From assembly GCA_023213395.1 (NCBI GenBank), contig CM041465.1, positions 148,621,741 through 148,685,740 on the forward strand: 64,000 bases of DNA, in the 5' to 3' direction. Within the stretch, counting starts at the first letter, position 1, and each line of letters starts with the position of its first letter. Source of the stretch: Cycas panzhihuaensis (taxonomy: Eukaryota > Plantae > Cycadophyta). Shown here piece by piece: positions 49,995-62,929 of this stretch. The position numbers and the translations under genes were made by a program. The notes below the pieces were generated by a model that worked only from the letters and a program-made list of their open reading frames with translations, was not told where the DNA came from and did not search any database.

Positions 49995-51576
49995 ATCCCA
50001 CAACAAAAATAGGAAGAGATCTCAATGGGTTTCATTACAGGAATCCCAAAATCAGAAGGTAAATATGCTATTTTTGTAGTAGTTGATAGGCTAACAAAAT
50101 ATGCACACTTTAGGGGAATACAATCAACGATAAAAGACAACCGGATAGCAGAATTCTTCATGAAGGAAATACATTGTTTACACGGTTTTCCCAAGGTCAT
50201 AGTGAGCCATCGCAATCCAAAGTTCACTAGCCACTTTTGGTAGGATTTGTTCCAACTAGTAGGGATTAAATTATCTATGAGCACAACTTACCATCCTCAC
50301 ATTGATGGTCAAACAAAAATTGTAAATAAATGTTTGGAAGGATATCTATGAAATTTTACTTTTGATAAACAACAGTAATGGTACTAATGGCTCCATCTTG
50401 TAGAATGGTGGTATAATACCACATATCACGCATCAACAAAGATGACACCATTTTAGGTGCTCTATGGATTCAAACCTCCATCTATTCTCACATGGTTCGA
50501 AATATCACGCGTACAATTCGTCCAACAACAATAGGAATAGATGGAACAACCCATTCTAATACTAAAAGACAATTTGATCACAACTAAGAACATGATGAAG
50601 TAACAAGTAGATCTGCACAGATCAAAAAGATTATTCTCTGTTAGTGATTGGGTCTTCTTAAGACTCTAGCCATACAAACAAACCACCATGCAACAAAACA
50701 ATAAGAGGAAATTGGACCCGTGATTCTTTGGTCCTAACCAATTCACACAGAAGGTGGGAGAAGTAGCCTACACACTAGCTTTACCTCCGGGGAGCCAAAT
50801 CCACAATATATTCCATGTTTCATACCTCAAGCAGAAAGTTGGAAAAAATATCACAACACAAACAGAGGTTTTAGAACTAAATGATGAAGGCAAGATAGTT
50901 ATTGAACCACAAGGAATACTCCAGATTAGAACCAAAGCTTTACATTCCAAGAAGATTCAAGAATATCTTATAAAATGGAAATCTTTAGACGAAGAAGACA
51001 CGATGTGGTAAATTGAAGATTGGCTTTGCCAACATCCAACCTTGCCTTTGCTTTGAGGGCAAAGCATGTTTTCAAGGAAGGGACCTGTAGTGTTTCTGTT
51101 CCTTCATCCTGACCAACTTCATTTATGGTATTTGGCCGGCTTCATTTCTGGTATTTTACTTCTCTTTATGGTTGACTTTCAAGATATAATCTTGGCTAAC
51201 TTCTATATGTATTTCTGGCGAACTTCCATCTCTTTCGTGGCTGAGTTCCTTAGGCTCAATTCCACTGCCTATTTATAGGGATCCTTGGCCTCTTTTTGGG
51301 ATCATCAGTGTGGATTACAAATGCTACATTTTCGGCCTTTAAGGCTGCAGTAATTGGAGGGAACCTCATCTCAAAGAGGAAGCTAAGCGTCAGGTACTTA
51401 TTTGTAAGTTAGATTTGTTGTTTATCATATTTTAAGGCATTATTGAGCTTATATTCTAAGAGATCACACCGGATCTCTTGTATATTATCAATTATTACAT
51501 AAATCTTTTGCTTTATTGATAGTTCTTCTATGTTATCTTCTATTTTTCTGTTATTTCTATTGGTGGTCCTGCTTCA

Positions 51577-52492
51577 CTATCTCTTTTTTCATTTTCTTCA
51601 TTGTTGTGGTAAGAATTTTCCCCGTGGTGGAACTCTTTGTCCTTGTTGTTGTCCCCGGGCTTTAGTGCTTCCATTAATCCTCTTGTAAAGCCTTATTTAT
51701 GCTGGCAAATTGCTTTGCAAATTTCTTGAATTCTTTGGTTACTACTTCCCATAGTTGGTTGTGCCTTTGTACCATTTGGTCGTTTAAGGCATCCACTGTT
51801 CTACTGACATCCTATATATGTGACTGACTGCTGGGTCACCATTTTTCTGGATGCTTATGTCTTGCAAGATCTTAATTCTGTTTTTGGAAAAAAAATTTAG
51901 TGATTTTATACGATGAAATTTACTTGTGGAGCGCCGCTTTTGATTGAAACAGTATGCCATCTGCAAAAGAAACAACTGTGTTTGCGAGAATGGGTCTGGG
52001 GATGGTTATAGTAACTGCCAGGAATCAGGGTTTCTTGATTTTTCCCTCAATTTGGTCCCCTCGATAATGAAGCCATGATACCACTTGTGGGAATTCCGAC
52101 CAAAACAATGAAATGATCACCGAAACTTATGCTATTTTCAGATATAACAGAAGTATTTGAGACAGAAATAATTATCTACCATACACCAAATAGAAATATC
52201 TGCTGAAAATATATTCCAATTAATAATAATAGATGATATAACAACTATTGAGTGTTTTAGAAGATACCCTCTTTGAAGCGAGGTGTCCTCCCGAGAGCCG
52301 TTCCAACCAGGAGCACAACCAAGACTGCAGCTGCCACAGCCGACCATATTCCACCAAAGATGATTTTCAAATGGGGGCAGGCTACCCTATAAATAGGTGA
52401 AATAAATGATATGCATAGAAATCAGTTTTTTAGAAGTCGGCCTAAAAAGAAGACAGCATTAAGAAGTTGGCCAGCATTGGAGGAATGCTACA
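51577..52492 (-). mobile_element. 5' end of minus-strand Gypsy K (LTR 52086-52492, PBS, leader), truncated at F
   Basis: Minus-strand LTR TGTAGC...GGAATTCCCACA has the same termini as the J LTR; PBS TGGTATCA at 52076-52083. Confidence 0.7.
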
Positions 52493-52713
52493 AGTTTCCT
52501 CTAGTTTTGGCTGAGAGTTTAGTTAAAAAATAGTTTAGGTGGCTGGTTTCCAGCTTGTTTTTGTTGTTTAGGGTCCTTCCATTTTAAAGAGATGTGGGGA
52601 CAGTAAATCCAATAAAATTTGTATTTATTTGAATCTATGTTCTGAAGATGAGTTTTTGATTCCATTATTAAGTTTTTGATCCATTCAGGTGTACACTATA
52701 ATTTTATCTGTAG

Positions 52714-52949
52714 GGGTTTCAGCAAGGCAGAGATTCAAGTTTTCTATACGTCCAGTGAAACCATCCTTCTATGGAAAAGGAGCTTCAAAACAACTTAACA
52801 ATAATGGTGTTAAGGTCTCGTTGGCACAACAATTTCAAAAGCTTACTGGACCTGAAATTTCTGGTCACAATAGTAGAAAACTGCCCATGGTGGAGCGGCT
52901 ACAAGGGCTCTTTGAAAAGAATAGTTCATCTCCTTGTCCTTCCTACAAG
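52714..52949 (+). CDS. Exon of the host gene (GVSARQRFKFSIR...PMVERLQGL)
   Basis: TGTAG acceptor, AAG|GT donor; phase 1 to 0. Confidence 0.8.
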
Positions 52950-53033
52950 GTTTGTGGCATTTCTGATAGTGTTATTAGATCGTTTGCATTTTCAAAGTCA
53001 CATCTTTTCTTAGACTTGATCTTGGTTTGACAG

Positions 53034-53171
53034 TCAAGAGGAATTAAAAGGAAAGAGACAAGAGCAGTCACTGTTGGAAAGAGAACTTTATCTTCATCCT
53101 CTGGTAGATGCATGATAGCCAATGAGGACATTCCTAACTCTCTTGACAGTGATGAGGCAAGTGGGGATGAT
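53034..53171 (+). CDS. Exon of the host gene (SRGIKRK...SDEASGDD)
   Basis: GACAG acceptor, GAT|GTAAGC donor; 46 open codons. Confidence 0.8.
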
Positions 53172-53426
53172 GTAAGCACACTTCTCCTAGAAGACTGGAT
53201 CTATAGGGTAACAGATGATTAGGTGTTATGTATAGGGCATTTCTATTATTATGCAAATATGCATTTGAAAATGTCACTATCCATTAAGGGTTTGGTATAA
53301 AGATCCATTGCATTGACAAGTCTGTACACTTGGATTATCACGAATAGTTCAGGAGAAAATTATAGGGGATGCAAGGTAAATGGCTTTATGAATTGACTGG
53401 TTTAAACATCAAATTTTATTATACAG

Positions 53427-53566
53427 ACAAATAATGGATTGGGACCAATGCCCATTTTTCCAATGGGTAAAGCACAGAGTTTGACAGATCGCTTTCAGGA
53501 AGCCTTAAGTGCAGCGCCAGAGAATGGGAGCAATGCCTCTTTCTTTAATAGGCCTAGCGGACCTGT
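53427..53566 (+). CDS. Exon of the host gene (QSLTDRFQEAL)
   Basis: TACAG acceptor, GT|GTAAGT donor; phase 0 to 2. Confidence 0.85.
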
Positions 53567-53757
53567 GTAAGTTCCTCAGCCTTGTGATGTGTCACTCAGT
53601 TTTGTGATTGTTCCATATGTTTCATACTTGTTCTGTCAGATGCTCTCACTTGATATGATAACTCTTTTGACTGTAATCAGTTATCAAGAAATCTTATTTG
53701 CAACATCTTTTTCATTTCTTCCCTAGTCTGAAGGATATTTTGGAATTTGTTCATTAG

Positions 53758-53855
53758 ATTTGGATTTTCTGATCGACTGCAAAGAGTTCTGCAGCATGAG
53801 AAACATCAACATATGCAATTTATGAAGATATTACATATGGGGGAAAAATTGCAAG
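53758..53855 (+). CDS. Exon of the host gene (FGFSDRLQRVLQHEKHQHMQF)
   Basis: ATTAG acceptor, AAG|GT donor; phase 2 to 1. Confidence 0.85.
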
Positions 53856-53998
53856 GTTTGTAACATGTCTGTCATCATTGGATTCACGAGTTCTTTTGTG
53901 AGCATTTGTTTATTTCTTTGAGATGAAATAAACAAAGGATGATTCAGCTGCAAGCTAATACTTGCTGTTTAAGGATTTGTTGGAATCATGTTTGTCAG

Positions 53999-54090
53999 AT
54001 GTGAACAAATGCATGGATGTACGTATTTTGGCAAAAAGTTTTGAAGCAAAACTGACAGTATGTAAGTGTACAGTCGAAAAGGCACTTCAG
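53999..54090 (+). CDS. Exon of the host gene (CMDVRILAKSFEAKLTVCKC); the gene probably continues beyond the window
   Basis: GTCAG acceptor, CAG|GTGAGT donor; phase 1 to 0. Confidence 0.85.
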
Positions 54091-57000
54091 GTGAGTTATG
54101 TCATCTGTTAAAGCATGATTGTATTTTTGAAGGGAGACAAAGAATGATCATTTGCTGCTTATCAACAATTACTAAAAAGGGCATTCCTGTTAATCAACTT
54201 TTAATGGGTGGAATAAAAGCTAGATAGTGCTTGCCTGTGCTTGATCCTTGTTTCAACTTTATGGTTTCATCACCATTCCAGTTTTGAATGGAATAGAATA
54301 TGGCTTTAAATGTGCATGATTTGCTAATAGCTCTTCAATTCTCTAAATGAATACTGAAGTTATTACCATTCCATTTTATTATCTATATTTCTGATTAGAA
54401 AGCATCTAGAAGGAAGGTGGAAAATGTTGGTCGAAGATTCTCAAAGCAGGATTCTGAAATAACAAAAAAGTTGGTTGAGGATTCTCAAAGCAGGATTCTG
54501 AAATAATGCGCAAAGGACTCACTGCATATCTGTATCGTCCTTGATTTTATTCTGGAAAGTTTCTACCGATTATTAATTTGCAGTAGCTAAGAGATTCCAA
54601 GAGCTTCTTTCATTCAAAACTTTATCTTTGTGATGATCATATAGCCTGTTATCTCAATCATCAATCTGAGTTGGGAGACTTGCCCTCAAGAGAAGACAAG
54701 GGAGAGCAAAAAGATAGAATTTGATATTATTTTAGAAAAGAAGTCTTTAATGTAACCAACTCATCATAGGCTTTGGAATCCAGCTAAGTTCTATGGAAGA
54801 AATACAAGAACCCATCAGAATTGAACGATTCTTTCCATTCAAAAAGTTATCTGCCAATTTGAGTTAGGAAGCTTGCCCTCGATGTAAGAGAAGGGATGGG
54901 CACAAAGATAAAATTTCATTCAATTTTGCAAAAGAAGTCTTCAATGCATGAAACCCTTCATAAGAACTGTGGAAGAAAGATAAGGAACCAACAACCCTAG
55001 GTCAATGGAAAAACACTTTCAACTTTAGGCTTTCATCTAACCAGTCCTGCTTGACATGAACCATTACAACACCAAAAATCATCATAATGGTTCATTTCTA
55101 TGCACACTCCCTTTAGTAGTAAACCACAAATTGCAAGGGCAAATTTAATGTGCGATCTTGTCCACGGTTATCCCAGTCCTTTGGTAATGTCTGCACAAGT
55201 GATTTTCTCATTCCACTCCTGATTAGCTTCTTTAAGCATCACTATGCATAAAGTTATGCCCACCTCAAGCATGCTTGTGCAAGAGACAACATGCAACCAT
55301 GTGCATTGTGAGTTACTCTCCTTGAGTACTTTGTACAAGAGTTTCTCTCCAAATAACTTAAGCGAGAGGGCTTTCTAACCTTCCAGCAACCTTGTGGAAG
55401 AGGTTCTTCTTAAGCAATACCATGCAAGAGGGTTATTTTTCTGAAAACTTCACCTATACACAAGAGAGCACATGTGAGTAGCTAGGTCTTAAAAGCCATG
55501 GTTCCAAGTTTTAGTTTGCGGGATGAATTTGATGATTAAGGATTTCACCATAATAAATGCACTCACATTTAAAACAATGAATAATATAAAATCATTGAAC
55601 CATGGCATTAAAAGTAGATTGCAAACACATAATATTAATAAATCATTTCTTTTCCACAGCTCGTTCACCAAAAGCTTGCCAATATAACATTTCTTTCTTT
55701 ATTCCAATAACACTTTCTCTTCTAAACAGAACTTGTATAAAAGAAATCATTCATCATGAACAATAAATGTTCACATAACATTTTTCATGATTGAATCTTA
55801 TTCATAGAACTGTGGTCATTTACCTGTCTTATTATGCACAGACATGTTTCTATTGTAAATTAGAACAAAGTTAAATCTGAGAATGCATGTAACATTCATG
55901 TTCTTAACTAATTCGTTAGATTTGCTTATCACAATTTTTTATTCATAAGACCCTGGCTTTCATGTTGGACATGCATTTTTCTGTTATGTACTTAAAAACA
56001 TAATTTTTTTATTGAAGTGCCAAATTTCTATTCGATCATCATTTATTGATGCAAGTTAGAGTTTTTTTTTTTGATAAGGGATGCAAGTTAGAGTTTGATT
56101 CATCTCTTCTTTTTAGGATTTTCTTAACAAATATAAAAATATGAAAAATACATGTGCCATGCATGCGATCCTTCATGTATTCTCACATTCCATAAAGCTA
56201 TCGCTTCATCCATGTAAAATTTTAAATTTTGCTATGGAAAACAGAAAACATAATTTTTATGTTCAACCCTAGGTTGACTTTTCTGTTTCATCGATTATTG
56301 TGGTAAATCCAAGGCATCATATTTTCAACTCTCAGAAATTAGCTTCTGCATGCTCATATATTGTTTTTTACTGAGTACAACTTTAGATTTTGAATTGGAA
56401 TTTAAAGTTCTGTTACTTTTGTGAGAGCTGAATGGAGCCCACAAGGGACTATACAGTTTGCATCACCTAGGAATTGTATGGATTAAGTGTCTAGGTCCAT
56501 ACAGGCCCTTAGAAGAGTAATCATTCACTTTTCTAGATCTCAACTTGCATTCAATGGTCATATGGTTTGTTGAGGCCATACGGCCAAAGAATAGATTGTA
56601 TGGTCATGTGGAGCCCGCACGGTCCTTCAACAGACCACACAGGTCTGTTTTTAGCCATACGACTGAAAAAGACTCGTTACCGTCTATGGTAGGGTCACAC
56701 GGGACCTACTTTCATTCTCATATGAAAACAGGCAATTTTCAATCATGGAATTTCAATTGAGCATAAAGTCTTTTAATGAAAAATTGACTGCTTTATTCAG
56801 AAAAATAATAATAAATATGATAGATGAAAGTGGGTACCTTAACCCTCCTTTTGTGTACTTTACTTGCTCCTTCCATTGTTGGAAAATTGATGAAGAGAAT
56901 TTGAAAAAATATCAATGCAATAGCTTTGGCTCCACTTTTAGTCCTTCTAACTCATTGCTCCAGCAGTCGCTTCTTATTCAAGTTATGGTCTCCCCATTTG

Positions 57001-57910
57001 CCTTACTCTATGCATGCTTATAAAGGGGAAAAAAAAAGAAGAAAACTTAAGAGGACTCTTTCCTTTGACAAGTAGTGAGGGAGCTGTTGAGAAGCTTTCC
57101 TCTTTGATGATGAATGAGAAGCCACCTCTTGTGCACAACTTTTAATAGTTTATCACTTCACTTAAGTTAATTTGACTTTTCTGAATTAAAGTTTGAGAGT
57201 TATTTTTCCTCTTGTGGCAGGTTGTATGGTTATACCCTTAACACATTGGCAAGTAGATGGCAATAAAGACTTGCTCTATTTCCTCAACTTCCTTCAATGC
57301 TTGACATGACATTGTTTGTATTATAGTATTTAGGAATCCTCTAAGAGAATTTAAACTATGAGTGATTAAAAAAATGCCCAAAGACCTCAACTGCTAGTCA
57401 CAAGGATTTTAATTTATTTTTATATGCACCTTACCAATTGGTTATTGTTCTTACTAAGGATATCAAGAATGTGGACAAAATATCACTTTGTTTTTTGGTT
57501 TGGTAGATTTGAAATTCAAAGCGTGAGGATGTGTTTAAAAACGTGTGGGAATTTGAACCCACTTGCCTTTGTTGATTGCTCTCTCTTCCATTAGATCCAA
57601 CTGCACAATGTGTCTGAGCACACTGCACAGTCAGAGCATGTTGCTTATTCATACGGTAGAAATCAAATTTTTTTCCTCTCTCTAAAATCAGTCCCAAGTA
57701 ATTGTAATCCAAACAAAAAATAAAATGTCATTTTGTGTATTGCATAGGAAGGATATTGCTTTAGCCTTCCAAATGTCCTTGGTTTTTGAGCATCCATATC
57801 TTTTTGTCATGAGGGAAGGACCTTCGTTTTGGCCTTCTAGTAGTCCATTATATTTGTGGTGTGAATTTTGAATTTCTTGAGTACCTTCTATTCTCTTACA
57901 ATATTATAAA

Positions 57911-60625
57911 ATGGCTTCCATTTATTCCTTGCCCGAACAAGACAAGCTTAATGGAGGAAAATACAATATGTTGAAGATAAAAATAAGAATCATATCAATT
58001 GCCAAAGATACATGGGGCATAGTAGATGGAACAAAGACAACTCCATATGATCTTAAAGAACTAGAAATCTTTAAGGAAAAGGACAAAATAATAGTAGCTG
58101 CAGTCACTCTCTCAGTCATAAACCGTTTTATTCCTCATATCTCAGTGATAAAAATGTCAAATGAAGCTTGAGTCATTCTCCAATCCATGTTTGAACTCAA
58201 AAACATGGCCAAAATTATAAATATCAAGGAAGTACTTTACAACTTGAAGTTGAAAGAAGGTGTGAATGTAACAAACTTCAGGACCAAGATAAAAGAAATT
58301 AGAGAATATCTTGGAGCTATTGGAGAGAAGATTACAAACAAAGAACTAGTTTGACTTTGAACAAATTTCCTAGGTCATGTGACAATTTGGTAACTCAACT
58401 TACCATCTCAAGGATAGCCAATACTATGACCTTTGAAGAGTTGTGTGGTCTTATGTTGCACCAACAACTCAAGAATAAGAAATATGGTGAATAGACAAAA
58501 TTGGAAGGGGCCTTTGCCTCAAAATTGAAATTAGAAAGCCCCAAGAGTGAAGCTCCAAAAGAAGAATTCAGTAGATCAGAAAAAAGAAGTTGCTATAACT
58601 ACGTGAAACCAAGACATCTCATTAGAGATTGTAGATGAAGGAAGTTTGACATTAAAAAAAGAAAGAGATACTTGGGTAACATCTTTGAGGAAAAAGAGAG
58701 TGAAAAAGAATCTACCTTTGTCGACATCCTTTCTACCAAGATAGTTGCCTTAGAGAATTGGTACATTGACTCTGGAGCATCCAACCACATGACTTCATAA
58801 AGAAGCTGGTTTGAAAGCATGGAGGATCACTATGAAAACAATGTAGTAGAGTTAGGACACAACACCACTCACCCTGTCAAGGGGAAAGGGGTCATCCCCA
58901 TGAGAATGACTAATAGAGAAATCAAGAAAGTTGGAGATGTTCTCTTTGTACTTAAACTAAAAATCTTTGTTCTATCTCCCAAATGACCAAAAAGAAGTTA
59001 AAAATTGAATTTGATGATGATAGATGCTTTGTTAAAGACAAAAGGCATATTCTTAAAATAATTGTTGAGGAAAGGAAGAAAATGACCTTTATAGATTCAT
59101 GGCCACTCTTACCCTACAAGTGTGTGTTGTAAACCGTGAAAACTCTGTGAATGAAATTTGGCATTTAAGGTATGATCATCTGTGTTATCAAAGTTTGATT
59201 TAGTTGAGCAAACTAAACATACTAAGTTGTTTGCTTAAGATCAAAGAAAATAGAAAGATATATGAAGAGTATATGCTTGGGAAATAACACAGGAACAAAT
59301 TTTTGGAAGCCTCATGGAGAGTTGTGATCAAATTGGAAATTGTTCACAATGACTTATGGGAATCCATGAAAATCCCATCACTTAGAGGAGCAAAATACTT
59401 CATCACATTCATTGATGACTTAACAAGGGAAACCTAGGTGTTTTTCCTCAAAAACAAATCTAGTGCCTTCAATGACTTCAGGGACTTCAAAGCTTATGTG
59501 AAAAAAGAAAGTGGAAAGAAAGTCAAAATTTTGGGAATAGAAAACGAGGAGGAATGCACTTCTAATGATTTCTTGAAATACTACAAAGCTCATGGGGTCG
59601 AGACAATTGACAACAATCTACACTCAATCCAATGGAATGGCTAGAAGGAAAAATATAACAACCACAAAAACAACAGGGAGCATGTTGAAAGGAAAGGGGA
59701 TATTGAATATTTTTTGGGTTGAAGCAGTTAAGACAACAATCTACCTTATCAATAGTAGTCCAACAAAGGTTGTTGAAGGAAAGACTCTAGGGAAAGCTTT
59801 GACCAATAGAAAGCCTGTTGTCAATCACCTAAGAATATTCAAGAGCACTGCACTTGTGCACATCCCAAAGGAAAAAAGGACTAAGCTTGATGAGAAAATC
59901 ACAAAATGCATATTTATAGGATACAATGAAAAATCCAAAGCCTACATATGCGTCAAACATGAAACAAATGAAGTCATCATAAGGAAGGATATAATATTTG
60001 AAGAAAAACTCACTGTGATTAAAATACCATCAACAACTAGGGAAGAAGGCATCACAAAAATTTCTTCTGCTGTTGTTGAAAAAAAGGTTCAAATTAAAGA
60101 TCAACCAAGAGAAGAAGAGTCTTCAGAAGAAGAAAACTCACAAAACGACATTGATCAAGAACCAACTAGAAGTCTGCCACAAAGGAAGATTTTGAAATGG
60201 TATATATCAACCCTTCATGACTTGGGAATAAATCACACAACCATGGAAAGAAGAAGACAAACAAGGCCATAAAGTCATCTTGGAAACATTATTAGACTAA
60301 GTTGTTCTTTGAACATAGACAAGCCCATATCCTTTGAAGAAGCCCAAGGGAATAGGGCCTAGGATATGGCCACGAATGAAGAAATCTTAGTGATTCAAGA
60401 AACAACACATGGGGATTAATTGAATTTTCAAAAGACAAGCGAGCAATCGACTATAAGCAATTGTTCAAAACAAAATTTAGAGTAGATAGAATAATAGAAA
60501 GCACAAACCTAGATTGATATCTAAAAAATGATAGCTTCTACAAAAGTGAATCTGACTCATATGTCTACATGAAAGTAAAAAATGCAGGTCTCATCACTAT
60601 CATTGTTGTTTATAATGACTACCTT
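57911..60625 (+). mobile_element. Heavily decayed Ty1/Copia L (Gag, PR, INT, deleted RT)
   Basis: KLNGGKY, WYIDSGASNHMT, YFITFIDD, FWVEAVKT, KRTKLDEK, CIFIGY; no LTR recognised. Confidence 0.8.
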
Positions 60626-62929
60626 TGTAGCAAATCTTTTCTCTCTATAAAAAAATTGACTTCCTCTCTTCTAAAACTAACATCCATTCTTGGCATTTAT
60701 TACATCTATATATAGGGCTTCCTACCGCATTTGTAAATCATCATGGGAAGAGTATTTAAGTCGACCATTTTTGGCTCCTAGTTGGGATTGCAATTGGTGG
60801 GCACCTCGCCTTAAAAGGGTATTTTCTGTAAGATTCAATATTTGATATTTTCTTTTGATATTAGTTTATTTGCAAGAATTGTTTGTGGTTGGCATATTTT
60901 TAATGTTTAATTTCAAAGTTGTGCATCAATGGAGAATTATTACTGCTGTAAATCATTTCTAAATAACATATATCTAGATTATGCTATTGGTTTGGGTGCG
61001 AACTCTGGTTGGAATTCCCACAAGTGGTATCAAAGCTTTGTTATCAAGGCCATTTAATTCAAAAAACTAAGTTTCAATAGTTATAAAAACATCAGAAAAT
61101 TAGATTACAACAATCATAAATATAGAGTTTATGATAATAGATAGAATTCTACTCTTAGAAAGCAGATCTCTTGCAATCAAATTTTTGATTTTTTTTTTTG
61201 TTAATAGACAAAATTCTACAAACAAAATGTTTGAATTCGCTTTGCCAGAAGATGGAAATTTTCACTAAAAAATTTGGTTTTTTTTCCTAAAGTATTCAAA
61301 TTTTCGCTATTAGAAGACAAAATTTGTCATTTAAAAAATTAGAAAAGTATTAATCAAAATCAGATTTCGACAATCAAAACAAATTTTGTAGTCAAGAAGT
61401 CAAGTTCCACAAGTAACAAGTTGTTTCCAATAAGAACTCAATAAATTTTGGAGTAGTTTTTTTTTTGTTTTTGCAAAGTAGTACAACTATAAGAAGAAAT
61501 AGGGATACGACAAGTATAACAAAATGTTATTTCCAAGAAGGGAATTAGGGTTAGGAATAATGGCGAACACATTGTCAGTCACAACAGAGGATGTATGCAA
61601 AAGAGTGGATGAATTGAATGACAAAATGATATAGATACATGACAACTACTAGGAGGAGTAGATAAAGGATTTGAAGAAGTTAGTAAACAAGTAGTTGGCA
61701 TAACTAAGGCCTTGCAAGCAAAACGAATATTAGATATGCTCAAACCTAAAGATGATGGTAAGGGCAAAGAGACCCAACAGGGGGGAACTCACCTTGGCAA
61801 CGGGAAAAGAGGTAGAAGAGATAAAATTAGATCCAACTATAGTCTGAAGAACTCCAAATTTCTTTTGGAGAGACCTAGACAAGTCGAAGGATATTTGATG
61901 CTGGATCATTCATATGGATCTATATTTTCAAATGCACCTCAGATTGGAAGAGGACAAAATATTAGTAGCATCCCTCCATTTCTATGGGAAAACAATTAAA
62001 TGGTTCCATTGGTGGAGCAAGGAGTATCAAGGAACGCCTCACTACAACTGGGCCTTTCTCAAAACCTCATTGATAGATCAATGTGAGGACTCTTGGAGTA
62101 GAGATTACTTCTCCCAACTGACACATTTACAACAAACCAACACCATCCAAGCTTACATAGAAGAATTTTAGAATCTACAGAGCATTCTAACCTCAAAAAT
62201 TGACCTTGATTAGATACTTCCAATGTATATTGGAGGGCGGGTGTATGAAGTTTTGTCTAAAAACGTTGGGTGTAGAGACTCTAATGAAAGCAATCAAATA
62301 AGCATGCAATAAAAGCAAAATTCAGGAAAATGCACTAGAGTTATATTCGTCAAGATGACTCCCCTAGACCTTTGGGACAAGGCAATAGACTGAATGAGTA
62401 CCAATTAAGGAGCAAGGACAACCTGCCACTTGGGGAATAGAAGAAAGGCGGACTTATGGAAGGCTGGTTATCAAAGGCAGAACACCTTCGGAATGGGACA
62501 TGTTTTAACTACAATGACAAATGGAGTTGTGATCATAACTATCCAACAAAGAAAGTTTTTATGCTTAATAATGAAGAGATGGACCTACCAATACAAGAGG
62601 AGCAACCACAAGAGGTGCAACACCAGAGGAGAATGAAGCAAAAATAGAAGAGTTACTCAATGAAATGAACCTTGAGAACGTGCAAATATCACTTTGGGCA
62701 ATCGCTGGAACAATAAATATGCCTCAGACACTATGTTTTGAAGGAAATGTCAAGAATGTTAAACTATCAGTCTTAGTTGATAGTGACAACATGCATAATT
62801 TCATTAATAGGCCGATTGCAGTCAAGTTGGGCCTCTAAGTCAAACCACTAAAACAATGCCAAGTAGTGATTGTTAATGGTAACAGTATGCCATGCAGAGG
62901 TTTTTGTAATAAGATACACTTCAAATCTT
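60626..62929 (+). mobile_element. 5' part of Reina-like Gypsy J (LTR 60626-61022, PBS, Gag, PR)
   Basis: TGTAGC...CCCACA; PBS TGGTATCAAAGC at 61025-61036; WSRDYFSQLTHLQQT, LVDSDNMHNFI. Confidence 0.85.

Larger units (their letters stand above)
38776..51576 (+). mobile_element. 3' half of Reina-like Gypsy F (RT-RH-INT-chromodomain; 3' LTR 51086-51576), interrupted by H
   Basis: MNTIFKP...FDDI, YDKEMLAIMQ, integrase split at TSD ATCCC, EYLIKWKSL chromodomain; PPT AAGGAAGGGACC then TGTAG...CTTCA. Confidence 0.85.
29914..52713 (+). other. 22.8-kb GT-AG intron filled with nested LTR retrotransposons
   Basis: Phase-1 join G|GG gives ...RSQK-G-VSARQRFKFSIR. Confidence 0.7.

Noticed and set aside
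52689-53030. 113-aa ORF as a stand-alone gene
   Set aside because: It is an internal exon (52714-52949) read through into flanking intron sequence.
54091-57900. Final PPW-containing exon of the host gene
   Set aside because: No convincing match found; the short ORFs here look like AT-rich intron noise.
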